From the NCBI GenBank assembly GCA_008369845.1, contig MRSU01002564.1:1-37462 (forward strand): a stretch of 37,462 bases of DNA, written 5' to 3'. Both the position numbers and the translations under genes were made by a program. Positions within the stretch are counted from its first letter, which is position 1. Each line of letters starts with the position of its first letter. The DNA comes from Trichomonas gallinae. Lineage: Eukaryota. The notes beneath the pieces are model-generated. The model saw nothing but the letters and a program-made list of their open reading frames with translations. It did not search any database and was not told the origin of the DNA. Below, in pieces: positions 10,006 through 20,399 of this stretch.

Positions 10006-11742
10006 TTAGTTCTTAAGGCTCTTGATGAGCTTTTCGAGAATCACAGCGTATTCTGCATCAGCTTGAGCAATATTATTACTAATTGGTGAAATAACTGGCA
10101 TATATATTGAGTACTGGCTTTGAAGCTCTCTGGCAGCTTCAGATGGGAACCCATCAGCTGTTGGTTCTTCCATTACTCCATTTGCTGAAAGCAAATACTT
10201 CTTTCCATCCTTTTCTACGTATTTAGATATGATATTCAGCGAATCTGGAGGCATTGTGAACATTAATTGGCCGCCGATATAATGCAAAATTGGATCTTGG
10301 CTCAAAGCGTATAAATGCTTAGAAGAACACACACCACGCTTGAAGTCTTCGCTAATGTCACCAATTTCAGCAATGATATTCGCAGCTCCACGCATAATTG
10401 CAGATAAAGCTTCGCGTGCTGGTCTTTCGTAGACTTTATGCATCCAGAACCATAAAACTGCATTCCAATTAGCTGATTTAGCGAGTTCTTCTTGTTTGTC
10501 TGTCGATTTCATTTCGAAATTCAAAACTCTAAATATGAAAGAAGTGAAATTATTTGGTTCATTGATGATGTATTTGGCTGTTATCTGAAAAACAGTTGAT
10601 TTTTGGTTAGGTAATGGAACAATATCAATAGCATAAGGCTGTGTTTCAGATAATAAAACTGGAGCATATAAAACCTGCTCATGGATGTCTGTGAGGTGAT
10701 TTGGAGCAAGTCTCCACTCTGTTGCGCAGTTATGAGCTCTGCATCTCGATACCAATTGATATGCAGATCTGGATTTTGCGATGTGGCAGCCTTGGCCGCC
10801 AGGATTCTCTCCTGACAATACGTAAAGCTCACCAGGAAGGTTTTTGGCCGTGTCATTGATAGATTTCGTAACATTTGTAATTACATAGTCAAGACGTACA
10901 TATAATGGCCTTAATGCCTCCAAAATCGGTGGTGTTCTTGGAATATTATCCAAAAATGATATGAATCTCACTGGAATTCCATTCATTGCCTTTGCAATTG
11001 TTCCAGCGAGTTCAATTGATTTAAGATGAGGCACTTTGTCTTTTCCACGCGATATTTTGTCGAGAGCCCTCTCTGCTGCTGGCATTGTTTCTTTCGTAAA
11101 GAAGAATTTGAAAAGATCTAATCCCAAAAATGCTTCATATGAACTAAATTGAGCAAAGGCAGCGACAGGCTTTTCCTGTTTTATCTGTTCTATAGCGCAA
11201 TTTGGCGTTGAAAACGCATCTGCTGTGATCTGATCTTCAGCATCATTTGTTGTGAGTGTAAATCCCTTCCATTCCTGTGGAGGAACCAAAAGAGCCAATG
11301 GGTAATGCTCCATTCCTAAAAATATCAAACAATATGCGTTTTCTGGGAGATGTCGTAAAACTCCCATAACAGCAAGCTTATTTCTTTGAAAATCTTTCTC
11401 GTTGAACTCTGTTGAAAGATATATGCAGTAAACTTCGCCAAAATGTTGAGTGTGCTGTATGTAAACTTGATAATTCGGATTTGTTAATTGAGCTTTCGAT
11501 ATTTCGTTGTCTTCTAGTGGATATTTCGAGCTGCATATCGAGCACTTCCACTTACCATCTTGAACAGGGCAGAAAGGAGAAAGATATCCTTGACAAACCG
11601 GACATCTATATAATTTATCTTGTGTTCCTGAAATTAGAGTCGCAATTCCAGGAGTGGTCGGTGAAACAGCAATTCCTAGTGGGATTGGCGTCTTCTTTTT
11701 CAATTCTTCTGTTAGTGGAAGATATCCAACTGTTGATTGCAT
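10006..11742 (-). CDS. Divergent Sec23/Sec24-family zinc-finger protein
   Basis: IPLGIAVSP followed by RCPVCQGYLSPFC....KWKCSIC zinc finger, then a trunk-like region. Start at ATG 11742 (MQSTVG). Confidence 0.75.
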   Translation of the reverse strand: MQSTVGYLPLTEELKKKTPIPLGIAVSPTTPGIATLISGTQDKLYRCPVCQGYLSPFCPVQDGKWKCSICSSKYPLEDNEISKAQLTNPNYQVYIQHTQHFGEVYCIYLSTEFNEKDFQRNKLAVMGVLRHLPENAYCLIFLGMEHYPLALLVPPQEWKGFTLTTNDAEDQITADAFSTPNCAIEQIKQEKPVAAFAQFSSYEAFLGLDLFKFFFTKETMPAAERALDKISRGKDKVPHLKSIELAGTIAKAMNGIPVRFISFLDNIPRTPPILEALRPLYVRLDYVITNVTKSINDTAKNLPGELYVLSGENPGGQGCHIAKSRSAYQLVSRCRAHNCATEWRLAPNHLTDIHEQVLYAPVLLSETQPYAIDIVPLPNQKSTVFQITAKYIINEPNNFTSFIFRVLNFEMKSTDKQEELAKSANWNAVLWFWMHKVYERPAREALSAIMRGAANIIAEIGDISEDFKRGVCSSKHLYALSQDPILHYIGGQLMFTMPPDSLNIISKYVEKDGKKYLLSANGVMEEPTADGFPSEAARELQSQYSIYMPVISPISNNIAQADAEYAVILEKLIKSLKN

Positions 11743-12227
11743 TTTTTTGTCAATTTGATAAAATATTTGACACATAAATCATTATCCGACATGTAAATAT
11801 TTTTATTCGTCAAAATTACCAAAATCATTTCTAGTATTCACAATGAACAAAGAGAGCAAATGTATCCAAACCCACAATCATCATATGTCAATTTTGGCAA
11901 TAAATATGATAATAAGATCGTTTTTTCTCTTCATATATATCATAGGATAGAAAGAATATAAGACTATTTGCCAATTATTATCAAATTTATCACTTTACAT
12001 GTCAAAAATCAAATTTCTAATATATCTTCGATGTTTCTAACATAGATATACTTCATATTGAGAATATATGTAAATATGTCCATTATGATAAATTTAATAA
12101 GGGTCAAATAGATTTTTCTTCATCCAATTTCCATCAAATTCAACTTTAATATTTTGTTATAATTTTATGACACGTAAATAATTTTACTTGACATAATTTT
12201 AGACCTAAAAGTGTCTCAGATTGAATC

Positions 12228-13787
12228 ATGCCTCACGACATCGAGAAAATCAATGCTATTAAACAGGAAATCGCCCATATTTGCACAGAATTGACTACAA
12301 AGGAGATGAATTACAACTACAAGGACAACATTAACACGCTTATGACTCACTGCAAGAATTACGAATCCTCGACCATCCAGCAAATTGCAATTCTTTCGCT
12401 CGCAATGGTTTACATCGATCTTTTGCCCAATTATATCGTTGAAAAACACAACGAAAAGGATAATCCATCACAAGATGTTCGCAAACGCCGTCTTTATGAG
12501 GCAACACTACTCGAAACATCTCGCCAATTCGTTCAAATCTGCGAAAAACTTGCATTCAGCAAGAAAACTAAACCGTCACTCAGAAGATCAGCTGCAAAAG
12601 CGATCGCTCTGATTTATACAGGCAAACCAGGCTTCAATTTAGGAAGGCAACTTGTCAATACTGTGATCAAACTCGCCTGCTGCCCACACCAAGATGTTCG
12701 TGAATTAATTTGCAAATATATTTCCGATTTCTTCAAGGCTGATCCAAATGGCCACAACACTCTCCAAATCGTCACAAAAGTAGCTTCAACACCATCACCA
12801 GAAGTTTCTATCGAGCTTATCCAGTCATTGATGGATATCAAATTGAAATCTTTCCCACAGAAGACTACAGCTGAGAAAGAGAAGGAGAAGAAGGAGAAAA
12901 TTACAGACAAGGAACTCCTTAAGGACCTCCGCGAGGCAGATATCGTCACAGACGAAAACGGCCCCGAAATCACGCAAACACACATCCTCGAGCAGCTCTT
13001 TGCGACAGTTTTCAGATTCCTCAAGGAGACAAAGTCAGAGCCGCACTTCATCGCCGCCATGGAGATCATCAAGAAGGACGTCATCTTCATCGACAGAGAT
13101 TTCGTCGCACCAATCGTGTCTGCATTAAAACAATCGAGATTCTCTCTCAGATCTTCAATCACTGCCGCACACACAGCCTTGGTACTCTGCAAGCAGTGCG
13201 AGTACAACGTAGACTTGAGAGGCTTCTTCACTGAAGTCTACAACAGGGCTTATGAAGCGTTAGATGACAAAACTGCTCTTATTGAATTCATGGCACTTTT
13301 TGACATCATTTCAGAGCAGATTGATACAGCACGTACAGCATCTTTCGCCAAGCGCCTGATGATCATGAGCCTCCACGCATCACCTGACATCGCCACATTG
13401 ATTCTTGTGACATTGAGGAAGCTTTTGACACCTCATCTCGAGCTTACATCTGCCCTCGACTTCGATTTCGAGGCAGAAGGCGATTTTAATATTTACGGTG
13501 CTGACCCAGATTTCTGCAACGGCCCGGCAGCGAAGTACTGGGAACTCGCTGAGCTCACACACCATAGAGACGAGAGAGTCGCTGATGTCGCAAAAGTCCT
13601 CGCTGGCCTCAAGTCATCTGCACACGTCAGACAGGCTGACCTCAATGACGCGAAGCAGAAAGTCACGTGGGATCCAAAGAAGATACTCGATGAATTGGAT
13701 GACAGCGCGAGAGTCTTCAATGTCAACTTGCTTCAATTCACGAGAGAAGCCTTCCCAGAAAAGGCGAAACTGTTTGAGCTCGAATAA
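12228..13787 (+). CDS. NOC3: Nucleolar complex protein 3 (CBF/Mak21 domain), compact form
   Basis: AILSLAMVYIDLLPNY.V, YEATLL....FV, FN....LV, VDLRGFF..VY, RTASFAKRL, G.FN....DPDFCN....YWEL..L..H. Confidence 0.85.
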   Translation: MPHDIEKINAIKQEIAHICTELTTKEMNYNYKDNINTLMTHCKNYESSTIQQIAILSLAMVYIDLLPNYIVEKHNEKDNPSQDVRKRRLYEATLLETSRQFVQICEKLAFSKKTKPSLRRSAAKAIALIYTGKPGFNLGRQLVNTVIKLACCPHQDVRELICKYISDFFKADPNGHNTLQIVTKVASTPSPEVSIELIQSLMDIKLKSFPQKTTAEKEKEKKEKITDKELLKDLREADIVTDENGPEITQTHILEQLFATVFRFLKETKSEPHFIAAMEIIKKDVIFIDRDFVAPIVSALKQSRFSLRSSITAAHTALVLCKQCEYNVDLRGFFTEVYNRAYEALDDKTALIEFMALFDIISEQIDTARTASFAKRLMIMSLHASPDIATLILVTLRKLLTPHLELTSALDFDFEAEGDFNIYGADPDFCNGPAAKYWELAELTHHRDERVADVAKVLAGLKSSAHVRQADLNDAKQKVTWDPKKILDELDDSARVFNVNLLQFTREAFPEKAKLFELE

Positions 13788-13986
13788 TTATATAGATTTT
13801 TTATTAGATAAAACTAGGACTAAAGAAATAGAGATTTATTATATACTTCACTTTCTTTTTAAAAATCATTTGATTGAATTTAATTATATTTGATTTTCAT
13901 GAGAAAGAATGAAAATTTTGGCCTGAATCTTGTTATATTTTTCTATACTACACAACATACATCATGAATAAAATAATATCCAAATT

Positions 13987-14390
13987 TCAAAATATTTATT
14001 TCTAAATCTTCGGGAATTGTGCTCCGAAATTGTTTTTTTCAAGGAAATATATTTATGTTTTTGATATCATTCAATTTCTTTGAGATATTTTCAAAATTCA
14101 GATAAATTATGAATTTACGGGAAAATGATCCCGAAATATGCTGTATAGAACATACTTATTTATATTTCATTCATTTTCATTTGTTTTGATTGATATTTTT
14201 CAAAATATCATATATTTTGGAATTTTCGAGAAAAATCTTCAGAAAATACTTTTAATCAATGAAATATATTTATATTTTAGTTGTATTTACAATTTTATCG
14301 ATATTTTCGAAAAATTGAAAAATATTGGAATTGTCAATAATTATGCTTTGAAAACTTTTTATATCAATGAATTGTATCTATATTTGTAAG
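13987..14390. repeat. Degenerate tandem repeat, about 107-bp period, about 3.7 units
   Basis: Units start TC(A/G)AAA at 13987, 14091, 14200 and 14307; CG(G/A)GAA at 14011, 14118 and 14227; shared GAAATATATTTAT and GATATTTT. Confidence 0.65.
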
Positions 14391-14549
14391 AATTTTCGAT
14401 TTTGTTGTTTTATTTGTCTAAATCCGTGAATCCTTAATATTTATACCTAATTCCTAGAAAAAACAGAATTAAACATAATAAAGAATGCATATTTCGCTTT
14501 AAATCAGACAAACAGAAAAATAACTTTTTCAAAACATTTTTTACAAAAA

Positions 14550-15578
14550 ATGAGTAATCAGCTGAAGACGCCGACATATAACAAAATCTCTGTTTCCAGG
14601 GTCTACAACGATGTCGTAAAGGACGCCAACGAGCTCGATTCGCTTATTGAGAATTTTCAAATAGAGTATACAGATATTGAGCGTTTCCAGGTAGTTTCTC
14701 CAGTGGGAACTGGAAAATACTCAACAGTTTTCCTTGGCCGTATGGATGGCAAAAAGAAATGCGCAATTAAAACACTTAAAAATGTTCCATTTTTCAAAAT
14801 TCAAAAAGAGATTTGCTTATTAACAAAAGTCAAAGATATTCCGAATACTGTTCAATTATACGGTGTCGTTAGCGATCCGTTAACTGACACTATCTCAATT
14901 ATTACCGATTATCTCAAATCGGAGTCACCAAGGACTCTATTTCCAAAATTAACGTTAGAAAATATCAGAGTTTTGATGTGGCAGTTGCTTACATGCCTAG
15001 ATGAGAGCCACAAGCGTGGAATTATGCACAGAGACGTTAAACCAGGAAATATGCTTTTTGGCAAGAACAAAAAGTCCATGAAGCTCATTGACTGGGGTCT
15101 TGGCGACATGTACGTAGCGAAAGAAGCTTATTCTCCACGTGTGTCAACATTAAGATATAAAGCGCCTGAATTATTGCTCAATTACCAGTACTACGACTAT
15201 GGAATCGATGTCTGGGGTGCAGGCTGCGTTTTGGCTGAAATGCTCGTTAGATTTCCATTTTTCGAAGGAAGGGACATCGATGAGATGGTTTGCGACGTTG
15301 CATCAGTTTGCGGAACAAATGCCATTCAGGCTTATGTCAACAAATATGGTCTTACTCTTACACAAGAAATGCAAGGAAATTTACCAAATGTTCAGCAGCC
15401 ACAATTCAACAAACTGACATCGAACCCGTCATTCAACCAGTCCAAAAACAACCCAGACGCGCTTGATTTGCTCCAGAAACTGTTGACAATTGATCATGAA
15501 GAAAGAATCACTGCGGCAGAAGCTCTACAGCATAAATTCTTCGATCCACTTCGCGCAAAGATGAACAAGAAACATTAA
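14550..15578 (+). CDS. CMGC protein kinase, casein kinase II alpha-like (divergent)
   Basis: SRVY.DV N-terminus, GTGKYSTV, AIK, HRDVKPGN, LIDWGL, KAPELLLNYQYYDYGIDVW, FFEGRD, ALDLL.KLL..DH.ERITA.EAL.H.FF. Confidence 0.92.
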   Translation: MSNQLKTPTYNKISVSRVYNDVVKDANELDSLIENFQIEYTDIERFQVVSPVGTGKYSTVFLGRMDGKKKCAIKTLKNVPFFKIQKEICLLTKVKDIPNTVQLYGVVSDPLTDTISIITDYLKSESPRTLFPKLTLENIRVLMWQLLTCLDESHKRGIMHRDVKPGNMLFGKNKKSMKLIDWGLGDMYVAKEAYSPRVSTLRYKAPELLLNYQYYDYGIDVWGAGCVLAEMLVRFPFFEGRDIDEMVCDVASVCGTNAIQAYVNKYGLTLTQEMQGNLPNVQQPQFNKLTSNPSFNQSKNNPDALDLLQKLLTIDHEERITAAEALQHKFFDPLRAKMNKKH

Positions 15579-16104
15579 TGTTTTTTTTTTAGGATTTCCA
15601 TTGAATTTGTATTTCATATTTTATATTATTAAAACTATTTTCAAAATATATTCTTTACAACACCTACTTTCTTAATAGAACTGGTTTAGACCAAAAACAA
15701 AATCAGAATTAAATTTAATTTATATTTATTTTATAAATATTCATCTTATGATGGAATCCGGTATTACTCACACACACCAAGTTCCTTTATATCAATCGTA
15801 AACAATTATTCCTTTATACCTGTGAAGTGTATTTCTCGACATTTATATCATCATATCGATTTTCTGTTTGTCGAGCATTATACTGGCGCAACAACGTACC
15901 AAATTTATCTCCATTAAACTATCAGGCTTATAGTAATGTATTAATTAGTATGTTTTTAAAGATCCATTCCGATGATATAACGAAATAACTGTTTCTGATT
16001 ATTTTTACATCCTTGTTCATGAAATTATATATAAAGGATAATCCATTGTTCACTAAATTTGTTGATTATAAAGCCCAATTAAAATCTTTCCTATCTTGAG
16101 ATAA

Positions 16105-16322
16105 TTAAGGTTCCTGGGACACTCTATTTAATAGAAGCAGTTTTTTAAAATATATTTTGAGTGAATATAAATTTTGACCAAAAAAATAAAAAGTCTCTTT
16201 GTTTGAATGCATCCAAATTGACCGCATGCCTTCTTGCGTATTGGGGTGTTGATTTAAATTTTCTGGGAAAATCGATAATTTGTTCCTTTCTTTTAAAAAT
16301 TCTGGTTAGATCGAGCTCTTAA
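16105..16322. mobile_element. Putative non-autonomous TTAA-flanked element (MITE-like, about 210 bp)
   Basis: TTAA at 16105-16108 and 16319-16322. Left GGGACACTCTA resembles the reverse complement of the 1-92 terminus (GGGACCGCTCTA). 16259-16281 matches 33428-33450 at 21/23 positions. Confidence 0.45.
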
Positions 16323-16477
16323 CTGCTTATATCTTTGATCGAAATTTCTATTATTTCCCTCATCAATCGATGTGTATTTCTCATTGTAGTTTCAATTGAC
16401 AATAATCGAATGTCAGGTTTTAATTTTTTTGACATGTAAAATATTTACAAAAATTCGCATCATGCTAATTAATTTTA

Positions 16478-18772
16478 ATGCAAATCGAGAGCCAAGACAT
16501 ATTAGTTCTTTTTCCTACAGTTCCAGCATGTGGTTTTGCCTTCTATGACTCAAAGAACTCATCAATCTCTGTGATGGAGTCATCTAACACCCAGATTGAG
16601 TCTAATCTTGAAAAAATCTTGTTTAAGTATCTTCCAAATATAATATGCATAGCACCAAATACAAATCCAACAATAGAGTCAATGATTAAAAAGAATTCAG
16701 AGGCAGAGCTTGTCAATCTTGAGATCAATGATTTCAATTACCAAAATGGAATCGATTCCATGAGCAAAATACTCTTCACAGTACCATCAGACGAACAGGA
16801 TTCCATTAGACAATCAGTTCTCTCAGGAATAATCAACTTGCAATCTAAACTAATAATTGGCGCAATTGGAGCCTTGGTTCAGTTCACTACAAAGAAATTT
16901 GGAGCATCCCCGGTCGTCTCTGTGTTCAGTCTCATGGATGTTCCTTCAGGTTTAATAATATCTACATCTTCCATGTCAGATCTTCAAATAATGAAGCCAG
17001 AAGTACACCCATCAATACATCAGCTATCAACCAAAGAAGGTGTATCACTTTTCACTCTTTTAAACAGGACATCTACTTTAATGGGAAAAAATACTTTAAA
17101 AGAGTGGTTCTTATCAATACCTAGCGATATTGGACAGATAAACCAGAGACTTGACATATTGGAAAGTTTTGTCAACCCAAATTTTCATCCAATTGTCAAC
17201 GAAATAGTTACGAAACTCAAACCAATACAAGACATAATGTCTATAATCCAGAAACTAAAGAAAGGCGTAGCCAAAGCCAAAAACTGGCAGTTGCTGTATA
17301 AGTCGCTATACAATGCGGCAAATCTCCTCGAATATATTGACAATCATCCTTTACATGAATCTTTGACATGTAAATATGACATTTCCGACAATATCATCAA
17401 CCTGCTTCGATCTTTGTCATCTCACATTGAAGCAACATTTGATTTCTCAAAATCAGATTTATACGTCAGAGATGATCTCGACAACGAGTTGTCCAGGCTG
17501 AGAAATATCTACAGAAACTTGGACCAGATGCTTGACAAAAAAGCTCATGAACTCATTGATGATCTTCCTGTAAGATGCCCAATAACAACATTAACAGTCG
17601 TATACATTCCACAGCTTGGATTCCTAACAATGGTTTCAAAAGAAGGAGTAAGAGAAAATGACTTCCCATCAGGATACTGTATAACTTTTCAAACTGAAAC
17701 TCATTTTTACTGCAAAAACGATAAAATGTCTGATCTTGACAGAGACATCGGCGACATATACCAGAGCATTCAAACCAGGGAGATCAAGATAATTGTCAGG
17801 CTCTGCGACAGAGTTTTATCACATGCTCATGAATTGATAAACTTATACAAATTCATTGGCGAAATAGATGTATACTGCTCTCTCGCAGTAGCATCAGTAG
17901 AAAATCACTGGACTCGGCCAATGTTCGTTGACAGCAATATGATGCGGATAGTCAACGGAAGACATCCACTTTTGGAAAAAATCCAGGAAAATTTCATCCC
18001 AAACACAGTCGAACTCGGCGATGATTCTCCCAAAATCATTGTTGTGACCGGTCCTAATGGCAGCGGTAAATCAATACTTCTCAAGCAAACGGCTTTGATT
18101 TGTTACATGGCAAATATTGGTTGCTTCGTTCCATGTGATGAATGCATCATACCGCACATCAACGCTATAATACCAGTGATCCATAACGGGGGAGCGAGTG
18201 AACCATTCTCCAGTGGATTCCTCGATGATCTTCGCGGTTTGTCATCAGCAATCAAGAAGTCAACGAGAAACACTTTAATTATTGTTGATGAATTCGGAAA
18301 AACAAGCTGTAGGGATGATGGAGCTGCGCTTCTTGCTGGATTCATCAAGTCAATGAGCGAAAGAGGGAGTGAATGCCCATTCATTTTGATTTCAACTCAT
18401 TTCAGAGATGCCCTGAAACAAAATTGTATCAATGTATCTCAGTTCACAAGGTTGACAATGTCCGTCTCATGCGAAGTCAACAAAAATGATCTAATCTTTT
18501 TATATAAAGCATTCAAGGGAGAAGATGAAAATTCTTATGGATTTGAGTGTGCAGAACGTGCTGGATTCCCAGCAGACTTAGTTGAGCGAGCACGTGATGT
18601 ATGCAAATATCTGAAGAATGGAAATGATGTTCCTGCCAACCCATTATGCTCCAATAGGAGTGATGACCAGAAAATGAAAAGAGCAGTTAATACATTTCTG
18701 AATTGGAATGAAAATTCTGATCCAAGAGCTTTAATTGCTGCAATTAGCAATATTTTCTCCGAAAATCAATAA
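16478..18772 (+). CDS. MSH5: MutS homolog 5 (meiotic MutS-gamma subunit)
   Basis: MSH5-type LQI..E.HPS......KEG.SLF.LLNR; YIPQLGFL; LD..IGDI; GRHPL; Walker A TGPNGSGKS; DEFGK; STHF; SYGFECA..AG. No mismatch-binding domain I. Confidence 0.9.
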   Translation: MQIESQDILVLFPTVPACGFAFYDSKNSSISVMESSNTQIESNLEKILFKYLPNIICIAPNTNPTIESMIKKNSEAELVNLEINDFNYQNGIDSMSKILFTVPSDEQDSIRQSVLSGIINLQSKLIIGAIGALVQFTTKKFGASPVVSVFSLMDVPSGLIISTSSMSDLQIMKPEVHPSIHQLSTKEGVSLFTLLNRTSTLMGKNTLKEWFLSIPSDIGQINQRLDILESFVNPNFHPIVNEIVTKLKPIQDIMSIIQKLKKGVAKAKNWQLLYKSLYNAANLLEYIDNHPLHESLTCKYDISDNIINLLRSLSSHIEATFDFSKSDLYVRDDLDNELSRLRNIYRNLDQMLDKKAHELIDDLPVRCPITTLTVVYIPQLGFLTMVSKEGVRENDFPSGYCITFQTETHFYCKNDKMSDLDRDIGDIYQSIQTREIKIIVRLCDRVLSHAHELINLYKFIGEIDVYCSLAVASVENHWTRPMFVDSNMMRIVNGRHPLLEKIQENFIPNTVELGDDSPKIIVVTGPNGSGKSILLKQTALICYMANIGCFVPCDECIIPHINAIIPVIHNGGASEPFSSGFLDDLRGLSSAIKKSTRNTLIIVDEFGKTSCRDDGAALLAGFIKSMSERGSECPFILISTHFRDALKQNCINVSQFTRLTMSVSCEVNKNDLIFLYKAFKGEDENSYGFECAERAGFPADLVERARDVCKYLKNGNDVPANPLCSNRSDDQKMKRAVNTFLNWNENSDPRALIAAISNIFSENQ

Positions 18773-18914
18773 CAGGAACATAAAATAAATCCACTAATTA
18801 TATCGAAAAAAAGCAACTTTATTTATTTGTCAGATTGAAATATTTTACACTACAAATCTGACATGTAATTTGTCAAAATTTTTGTTAATTTTTCCCTAAC
18901 TTTTTTTTTTATAG

Positions 18915-20399
18915 ATGGAATTCCTACCAGAAGATATATTTGATAAGCAAACAGGTAAACTAAGCAATGAACTCCAGATTTTTTCTTCCAAACGAGCATC
19001 ATGTAATGTAATTGTCAGCAATAAAACGCAATATTTCGTCAAAATATTTGGAAATCATACAGAAACGGAATTCAATTTTAATGATGATAACATTGATATC
19101 GACGCTTTTCTTCAATATTGTGTTTATTCAAAGATTTTTAATACCGAACCTTTCATTAAAGACGCACAACCAATTCTTATCCGAGCTAGTCAGTATATGT
19201 TCATAATGCGACTACCATATTACTCAAATGGCTCGCTTATTCAGAATTTAGTTAAATTGAGTGATAATAAGTTTCAATGGCAAGTTGCTATGACTGCTGC
19301 TTTTGCAATTCGTGCAGTACATCACTGTAATGGAATATTTTATGACTTAAAACCAAATAATATTTTATTAGATGCAAATTTCAATCCTGTTATTGATGGA
19401 GCAGGAGATAAGCGTAGTGTAATTACTTTAGAGGATGATAAATTATATCTTGCACCTGAACTTTATGAAAAAAATAATCAAAAAATTCAAATTAACAAAT
19501 ATTCGAAAATGTCTGATATATATAGCCTCGGTAAGATCTTATATTTAGTGTTTAAAAATCAAAACAGAGAAAACTTGAAAAATCCAAATAATTTCGACAT
19601 TACGAATGATCTTGACAAATTAATTAAAGCAATGATCAACAATGAACCTAAAAAACGCCCAAGTATTGATTTCGTTTGGGATCGTCTCCTTAAAATGGTT
19701 CCTCAAAATATCGAATTCGAAAAAATAGATTTCAAGGATCCAACAAAACTTAAAGCTTTTTGTGGGCATCCTGTAGAATCCTCGCTCAAGCAAGACTTAT
19801 ATTTTCAGGATTATGAAAAGTTGAGTGACGAAGAAGACAAAATAGACTATTTTTTAAAAGGAGGACAACATAGATCTGCACTTTCTTATTTATTTAACTC
19901 TGATATTTCGCAACGCTCGATCACACGAGGATTGATTCTGCTCTCTTTTAGAACTACAAAGTCTGGAGTTGCAGAAGCGAAGTGTTTCAATGAGTTTATT
20001 CTATCAAATCCATTTTTCGAATTCTCTCCTTTATACGATGATAAAAGTGAGCCAAAATGGTACATGCCAACACAAGATTTTTTGAAAAAATCTTTTAGTG
20101 AAATCAGGGATGAAGAAAAACAGTATTACGTCGATGCCGTTGATATCTGGAATGTTGTCATTGTATTAAAATGCGGCGAAAATTCACAAAAATTAATGGA
20201 AAAAATTGGAGAAATTCAAAATCAAAATCAATACATATCTAAAGAAGAGATTGAAATTATAAAGAGACGCCATAGTAGAAATAAAGCCATGTCATTTCAT
20301 ACACATTGTATAAATGAACAGCAAAAGTTAAACATGTTATTGTTCAGATACATGCCTTTGGATCAGATAATTACTCTTGATTATCAATTTAAAGCGTAA
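18915..20399 (+). CDS. Degenerate protein-kinase-domain protein (probable pseudokinase) with C-terminal extension
   Basis: YFVK, PYYSNGSL, FYDLKPNNILLD, YLAPE, SDIYSLG, P.KRPS present. No Gly-rich loop; HRD reads FYD and DFG reads DGA. Confidence 0.8.
   Translation: MEFLPEDIFDKQTGKLSNELQIFSSKRASCNVIVSNKTQYFVKIFGNHTETEFNFNDDNIDIDAFLQYCVYSKIFNTEPFIKDAQPILIRASQYMFIMRLPYYSNGSLIQNLVKLSDNKFQWQVAMTAAFAIRAVHHCNGIFYDLKPNNILLDANFNPVIDGAGDKRSVITLEDDKLYLAPELYEKNNQKIQINKYSKMSDIYSLGKILYLVFKNQNRENLKNPNNFDITNDLDKLIKAMINNEPKKRPSIDFVWDRLLKMVPQNIEFEKIDFKDPTKLKAFCGHPVESSLKQDLYFQDYEKLSDEEDKIDYFLKGGQHRSALSYLFNSDISQRSITRGLILLSFRTTKSGVAEAKCFNEFILSNPFFEFSPLYDDKSEPKWYMPTQDFLKKSFSEIRDEEKQYYVDAVDIWNVVIVLKCGENSQKLMEKIGEIQNQNQYISKEEIEIIKRRHSRNKAMSFHTHCINEQQKLNMLLFRYMPLDQIITLDYQFKA

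Noticed and set aside
14138..14389. 83-aa ORF, and similar ORFs at 20616, 33227, 36729 and 36907
   Set aside because: F/I/Y/N-rich translations of AT-rich repeat or intergenic DNA.
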